Shown piece by piece: positions 58,885-64,000 of a stretch of 64,000 nucleotides of DNA; position 1 is the first letter of the stretch, and each line of letters opens with the position of its first letter. The notes below the pieces were generated by a model, which was not told where the DNA came from, made no database searches, and saw nothing but the letters and a program-made list of their open reading frames with translations. Position numbers and translations under genes: made by a program. This stretch comes from Parcubacteria bacterium RAAC4_OD1_1 (GTDB lineage: Bacteria > Patescibacteriota > Minisyncoccia > Phycocordibacterales > UBA9973), in assembly GCA_000505065.1 (NCBI GenBank), contig AWSN01000001.1:385-64384 (forward strand), given 5' to 3'.

Positions 58885-60981
58885 ATGGCTAAAGAAGAAA
58901 AAAATAAAAAAGATAATGTGAAATATGGAGCAGAACAGATTTCAGTTCTTGAAGGTCTTGAGCCTGTGCGTCGTCGTCCTGGTATGTATATTGGTTCGAC
59001 GGGTATAGATGGACTTCATCATTTAGTCTGGGAAATTTTCGACAACTCTCGTGATGAAGCTATGGGAGGGTATTGTGACCATATTGAGGTTGTACTTTTG
59101 CCAGATAATTCTGTGAGAGTAACTGATAATGGTCGTGGAATTCCTGTTGAGATTCATCCAAAGACAAAAGTTTCAGCACTTGAAACTGTAATGACTACTC
59201 TCCACGCTGGAGGAAAATTTGGGGGTGATGATAGTGGGTATAAAGTTTCTGGTGGGCTTCATGGAGTGGGAGCTTCTGTTGTAAACGCACTTTCTATTTA
59301 TACAAAAGCCGAAGTTCATAAAGATGGTGGCAAATATATGCAGGAATATACTCAAGGTAAAAAGAAAGCTAATGTTAAAAAAGTTGCAACTTCTAAAAAT
59401 CATGGGACTATAATTTCTTTTAAACCTGACGAAGAAATATTTAAACAAATTAAATTTGATTGGAATACAATAATAAATCATCTAAGACAGCAGGCTTACC
59501 TTGTTAAGGGTCTTCGGATAGATATCATTGATGCAAGAGAATGGGACCCTATAACAGGAGGAAAGGGTAAATCAAATGATTATGAAAATGTTTTTTGGTT
59601 TAGGGAATTAGATTTAGAATTACCCTCGACTTCATTTTATTTTGAAGGAGGTCTTGTTTCTTTAGTAAAATATTACAATAAGTTAGAAAAGCCAATCCAC
59701 TCATCTGTGTTTTATATAGAAAAGGAGATTGATAGTGTTGGGGTTGAGGTAGCGCTCCAATATGTAGATGATATAGATTCACAAATAATTCCTTTTGCAA
59801 ACAATATTTATAATAACGAAGGAGGTACACATGTGACTGGATTTAAAACTGCTCTCACTCGAGTGCTCAATACTTATGGCAAGAAGAATAATTTAATCAA
59901 AGAAATAGACGGTGGACTTACGGGGGATGATGTCTTAGAAGGTTTGGTTGCTGTTGTATCTGTTAAATTACGTGAAATACAATTTGAAGGTCAGACAAAA
60001 GGAAAACTCGGTTCGACAGAAGCTCAAGGTGCAGTCGCTACTGTTTTCGGAGATGCGTTCTCTAGCTTTTTAGAAGAAAATCCAGATGAAGCAAAAGCTA
60101 TTATAAGTAAATCTTTACTTGCTCTTCGTGCTAGAAAAGCTGCAAAAGCAGCCAAAGATTCAGTGCTTAGAAAAGGAGCATTAGAAGGAATGACTCTTCC
60201 GGGGAAACTTGCTGATTGCCAAGTTAAAGATGCTGAAAATGCAGAGATTTTTATAGTAGAGGGAGATTCTGCTGGTGGTACTGCTAAAATGGGTCGTGAC
60301 AGAAAAACTCAAGCTATTCTTCCGCTTCGTGGAAAAATTTTAAACATAGAACGTGCAAGATTAGATAGGATGCTAGGAAGTGAGCAAATTAAAAATCTAG
60401 TAATAGCTATGGGTACATCAATAGGAGATACTTTTGATTTAGAAAAAATAAGATACCACAAAATAATTATAGCTACTGATGCGGATGTGGATGGTGCTCA
60501 CATTAGGACTCTTATTCTTACTCTTATGTATAGATATTTTAGGCCAGTGCTTGATGCAGGTTATATATATATCGCTCAGCCACCATTATTTAAAATAAAA
60601 AAAGGTAAAGAAATTTTTTATGCTTATTCAGATGAAGAAAGAGACAAGATACTCGGTAAAGAAGCTTCTCATTTAGAAGAATTATTAGTTGAAGAAGGTG
60701 AAGAAGTAAATAATTCTGAAGAGGCTGAAAACGAAAATGAAGAGAAATCAGAAAAGAAAAGTTCCAAGATTCACATTCAAAGATATAAAGGTCTCGGAGA
60801 AATGAATGCCGAAGAGCTCTGGGAGACAACAATGGATCCATCAAATAGAGTGTTGAAACAGGTTACGATTGATGACGCAGAAGAAGCAAATAAAGTGTTT
60901 GATATGCTTATGGGTAGTGAGGTTCCACCTCGTAAATCATTCATCCAATCTAACGCCAAAATGGCAAGATTAGACGTATAA
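58885..60981 (+). CDS. gyrB: DNA gyrase subunit B
   Basis: LEGLEPVRRRPGMYIG, DNGRGIP, VEGDSAGG, PLRGK, DADVDG, RYKGLGEM. Confidence 0.97.
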   Translation: MAKEEKNKKDNVKYGAEQISVLEGLEPVRRRPGMYIGSTGIDGLHHLVWEIFDNSRDEAMGGYCDHIEVVLLPDNSVRVTDNGRGIPVEIHPKTKVSALETVMTTLHAGGKFGGDDSGYKVSGGLHGVGASVVNALSIYTKAEVHKDGGKYMQEYTQGKKKANVKKVATSKNHGTIISFKPDEEIFKQIKFDWNTIINHLRQQAYLVKGLRIDIIDAREWDPITGGKGKSNDYENVFWFRELDLELPSTSFYFEGGLVSLVKYYNKLEKPIHSSVFYIEKEIDSVGVEVALQYVDDIDSQIIPFANNIYNNEGGTHVTGFKTALTRVLNTYGKKNNLIKEIDGGLTGDDVLEGLVAVVSVKLREIQFEGQTKGKLGSTEAQGAVATVFGDAFSSFLEENPDEAKAIISKSLLALRARKAAKAAKDSVLRKGALEGMTLPGKLADCQVKDAENAEIFIVEGDSAGGTAKMGRDRKTQAILPLRGKILNIERARLDRMLGSEQIKNLVIAMGTSIGDTFDLEKIRYHKIIIATDADVDGAHIRTLILTLMYRYFRPVLDAGYIYIAQPPLFKIKKGKEIFYAYSDEERDKILGKEASHLEELLVEEGEEVNNSEEAENENEEKSEKKSSKIHIQRYKGLGEMNAEELWETTMDPSNRVLKQVTIDDAEEANKVFDMLMGSEVPPRKSFIQSNAKMARLDV

Positions 60982-61075
60982 CACTAAATTAGCCATAGGC
61001 CTTGCCTATGGCTAATTTAATTTATAGACATTATTTTAAAAGAGTATTAGAATAATTAAATTTAAAACAAATATT

Positions 61076-61513
61076 ATGATATACAAAGAAAAACCAAAAG
61101 ATTTTACTCCAGATATTGAAGTAGTTGCTTGTTTGGTTGAATTTGATAATAAATTTATTTTATTACATAGACAAGACAACAAGATTCATGGTGGTAAATG
61201 GGGACAACCAGCAGGGAAGGTTGATCCATCAGATTTAAATAGTTTTGATGCTATGGTAAGAGAATTAAGAGAAGAAACTGGGATAATTACCCAAAAAGAG
61301 AATTTGATTTTTTATAAAACTTTTTTTGTTTCTCACCCAGACAGAGATTTTCTTTATCATTACTTTGTTCTGCATCTAAAAGAAAAACCAGAGATTGTTT
61401 TATCAAAAAACGAACACAAAGATTATCTTTTAGTAAAAGCAGAAGAAGCTCTCTGTATGAATTTAATCCCTGATGAGGATTATTGTTTAAAAGATTATTT
61501 TGGTATTAAATAA
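61076..61513 (+). CDS. NUDIX hydrolase
   Basis: PAGKVD......AMVRELREETG Nudix box. Confidence 0.9.
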   Translation: MIYKEKPKDFTPDIEVVACLVEFDNKFILLHRQDNKIHGGKWGQPAGKVDPSDLNSFDAMVRELREETGIITQKENLIFYKTFFVSHPDRDFLYHYFVLHLKEKPEIVLSKNEHKDYLLVKAEEALCMNLIPDEDYCLKDYFGIK

Positions 61514-61579
61514 ATTCTTTAATTATAATTAGCCATAGGCCTTGCCTATGGCTAGAGATCTTTATATAATATAGGATAT

Positions 61580-62263
61580 ATGAGTTTTAGGAATGAAAAA
61601 ATATTACCAGATGAATATTGTCATATTTATAATCGTGGTAATGGTAAAAGTAAAATATTTTTAGACAAAGAAGATTATGATCGTTTTATTAAGATTCTTT
61701 TTATTTGTAATTCAAAAAATAAATTTGTTTTTCGTGAATCTATTATAAAAAGTAAAATAAATGCATGGGATTTTGAAAGGGGGAATAGATTGGTAGATAT
61801 TGGAGCTTGGGTATTGATGCCAAACCATTTTCATATTTTATTGATTTCTTCTAGCCATAGGCAAGGCCTATGGCAAAAAGATTTAAATCCTATTTCTATA
61901 TTTATGCAAAAAGTTTCAACTGCTTATGCTATGTATTTTAATAAAAAATATAATAGAACAGGTTCGTTATTTGAAGGAAAATTTAAATTAAAAAATATCC
62001 ATAAGGAAAATTATTTAGAATATTTGTTTTCATATATACACTTAAATCCAATAAAATTAATACAAAAAGATTGGAAAGAAAATGGAATAAAAAATAAAGA
62101 TAAAGCATTAGAATATTTAAATAAGTTTAAATATTCTAGTTATTTAGATTATAAAAATCCTAATAGGACAGAAAGTAAAATATTAAATAAAGAATTTTTT
62201 CCAGAATCTTTTGATAATATAAATAATAAAGAACTAATTAATATATTTACTTCATATGTATAA
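61580..62263 (+). CDS. REP-associated tyrosine transposase (Y1/HUH, RAYT-like)
   Basis: HIYNRG, LMPNHFHIL, YFNKKYNRTGSLFEGKF, YIHLNP, YSSY. Confidence 0.92.
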   Translation: MSFRNEKILPDEYCHIYNRGNGKSKIFLDKEDYDRFIKILFICNSKNKFVFRESIIKSKINAWDFERGNRLVDIGAWVLMPNHFHILLISSSHRQGLWQKDLNPISIFMQKVSTAYAMYFNKKYNRTGSLFEGKFKLKNIHKENYLEYLFSYIHLNPIKLIQKDWKENGIKNKDKALEYLNKFKYSSYLDYKNPNRTESKILNKEFFPESFDNINNKELINIFTSYV

Positions 62264-62331
62264 AATAACCATAGTTAGCCATAGGCAAGGCCTATGGCTA
62301 GAAGATTAATTTTAATTTTATGAAGAATTTA

Positions 62332-62634
62332 TTATTTTTCCCCTTTTAATATTATTCTTTTTTCGAAACCGCCTTTTTCGTTTAGTTTATTTATTCTAAC
62401 TTCTTCAACATTGGAGAATTCGGGAAATTTTTTTAATGATTCAATTACTTCTATGATATCTGCAAGTTCTTCAGAATTTTTATCTTTTATAAATTCTTTT
62501 ATTTCCTCGTCTAATTTTTTTATTAGTTCTTCTCTGTATTCTTCTTCGTTTGCTATTCTTTCTTCATAAGGTATATTTTTTGAACTTAAATATTCGGGAA
62601 TTTTATCTCTAACTAATTTATTATATTTTTCCAT
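62332..62634 (-). CDS. MazG-like nucleoside triphosphate pyrophosphohydrolase
   Basis: YNKLVRDKIP, KLDEE, EELADIIE, KGGF. Confidence 0.85.
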   Translation of the reverse strand: MEKYNKLVRDKIPEYLSSKNIPYEERIANEEEYREELIKKLDEEIKEFIKDKNSEELADIIEVIESLKKFPEFSNVEEVRINKLNEKGGFEKRIILKGEK

Positions 62635-62635
62635 T

Positions 62636-64000
62636 TTAATTTAATGTTCTTTCTTTGATTTCTTTTTGAATTTTTTCTAAGAAAGATTCTTTTGTTATAC
62701 CTTCTAATTTATCAGTACGAGTTTCGACTGTGATTACATTACTTTCTTTTTCTTTATCTCCAATAACAATCATATATGGGACTTTATTCATTTTAGCATT
62801 TCTTATTCTCTTACCGAGTGATTCATTGGAGTCATCGAGTTCTACTCTTATATTATTTTCTTTTAATGTTTTATATATAGACTCAGCATATTCTTTTTGA
62901 TGTTCTGAAATAGGAAGAATAGTAACTTGAACAGGGGATAACCATACAGGAAATGCTCCTGCGAAATGTTCAATCAAAAATCCAATAAAACGTTCATGTG
63001 TCCCAAGTGGAGCACGGTGGATTATGTATGGAGTTTTTTTACTGCCGTCTTTATCTGTATATTCTAACCCAAACCTTTTTCCCATATATAAATCAAGTTG
63101 ATTTGTGGATGCTGTAAAAGATCTTCCTATAGAAGAATATATTTGAAAATCCATTTTAGGTCCGTAAAATGCTGCTCCTTCATTAGCTATTTTAAATGGC
63201 ACCCCAGATGCTTTCATAGCTTCTGTTGTCATTTTTTCTGCTAATTCCCAGTCTGCTTCTTCTCCGTGGTACTTATCTATTTTTTTTGGATCACGAAGAG
63301 CTAATTCCATTTCGTATTTTTCTATCCCTAACACTTTATAGTAATATTCATGCAATTTAATTACATCAATAAATTCTTGCATGGCTTGTTCGTGAGTAGT
63401 GTATATATGTGCATCATTCATTTGCATACCACGAACTCTCATAAGCCCAAATAGACTTCCTGAATCTTCATATCTATGGCACCATCCATATTCTGCTAAA
63501 CGAAGTGGCAAGTCTTTGTAACTTTTAGGTAATGCAGAAAATACTTTGTGATGAAAAGGACAATTCATTGGTTTTATGTAATAATTTTCTTCTTCAATAC
63601 GGATAGGAGCATACATACTTTCTTTATATAAAGGTAAATGCCCAGAAGTATAGAAAAGACTTTCTTTGGTGATTATAGGAGTGGTTACTCTCTGGTAACC
63701 CCAAATCTTTTCTGTTTCTTTTGCCCAATTTTCTAATTCTTCTTTTATTATGTTTCCTTTTGGTAACCAAATAGTTAAACCTTTACCTATCTCTTCATCA
63801 AAAGTAAAAAGTTCTAATTTTTTACCAATCTCGCGATGGTCTCTCTTTTTTGCTTCTTCTTGTTGATGTATATAAGCTTCTAATTCTTCTTTAGTTTCAA
63901 ATGCGAGTCCGTATACACGAGTAAGCATTTTATTTTTTTCATCTCCACGCCAATAAGCTCCTGCTACGCGATCTAATTTCCAAGAATTTCCTTTGATGTC
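62636..64000 (-). CDS. thrS: Threonine-tRNA ligase, 5' partial
   Basis: AGAYWRGDE, RDHR, KPMNCP, GLMRVR..NDAH, FYGPK, HRA..G..ERF. Confidence 0.97.
   Translation of the reverse strand, partial: DIKGNSWKLDRVAGAYWRGDEKNKMLTRVYGLAFETKEELEAYIHQQEEAKKRDHREIGKKLELFTFDEEIGKGLTIWLPKGNIIKEELENWAKETEKIWGYQRVTTPIITKESLFYTSGHLPLYKESMYAPIRIEEENYYIKPMNCPFHHKVFSALPKSYKDLPLRLAEYGWCHRYEDSGSLFGLMRVRGMQMNDAHIYTTHEQAMQEFIDVIKLHEYYYKVLGIEKYEMELALRDPKKIDKYHGEEADWELAEKMTTEAMKASGVPFKIANEGAAFYGPKMDFQIYSSIGRSFTASTNQLDLYMGKRFGLEYTDKDGSKKTPYIIHRAPLGTHERFIGFLIEHFAGAFPVWLSPVQVTILPISEHQKEYAESIYKTLKENNIRVELDDSNESLGKRIRNAKMNKVPYMIVIGDKEKESNVITVETRTDKLEGITKESFLEKIQKEIKERTLN

Larger units (their letters stand above)
60985..62300. 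repeat. Four family B palindromes GCCATAGGC-(CTT/AAG)-GCCTATGGC
   Basis: Copies at 60985-61019, 61530-61554, 61854-61874 (coding) and 62276-62300. Confidence 0.9.

Overview
AT-rich bacterial chromosome segment using genetic code 11. By inference it is Patescibacteria/CPR (Parcubacteria-like): the 23S-5S locus is unlinked from 16S and carries insertions, PheS/PheT are shortened, most genes lack a Shine-Dalgarno site, and there is a giant GNVGIGTT-repeat protein. The backbone has glycosyltransferases, rplJL, 23S (with a group I intron at the 2593 site) and 5S, rodA, folD, secDF, lemA-htpX, tRNA-Ser, murI, a UvrD-type helicase-nuclease, pheST, gyrB and thrS. Main points of interest: (1) two REP-associated tyrosine transposases, each bracketed by its own palindrome and carrying an in-frame internal copy, with related palindromes elsewhere including inside pheT; (2) a stand-alone GIY-YIG gene between 22-bp direct repeats; (3) an NYN RNase facing a perfect-consensus promoter that would drive a ~57-nt structured RNA; (4) a tRNA-adjacent island with an HExxH peptidase plus HEPN pair, a serine recombinase and a DGR-like variable region; (5) a 3.7-kaa modular protein whose module junctions keep a GC-rich DNA motif; (6) a 22-kb surface cluster with WxL-like, DUF916-like, cohesin and dockerin proteins; (7) an insertion that duplicates the rplL C-terminus. 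All calls were made by eye; no database searches or folding programs were run.
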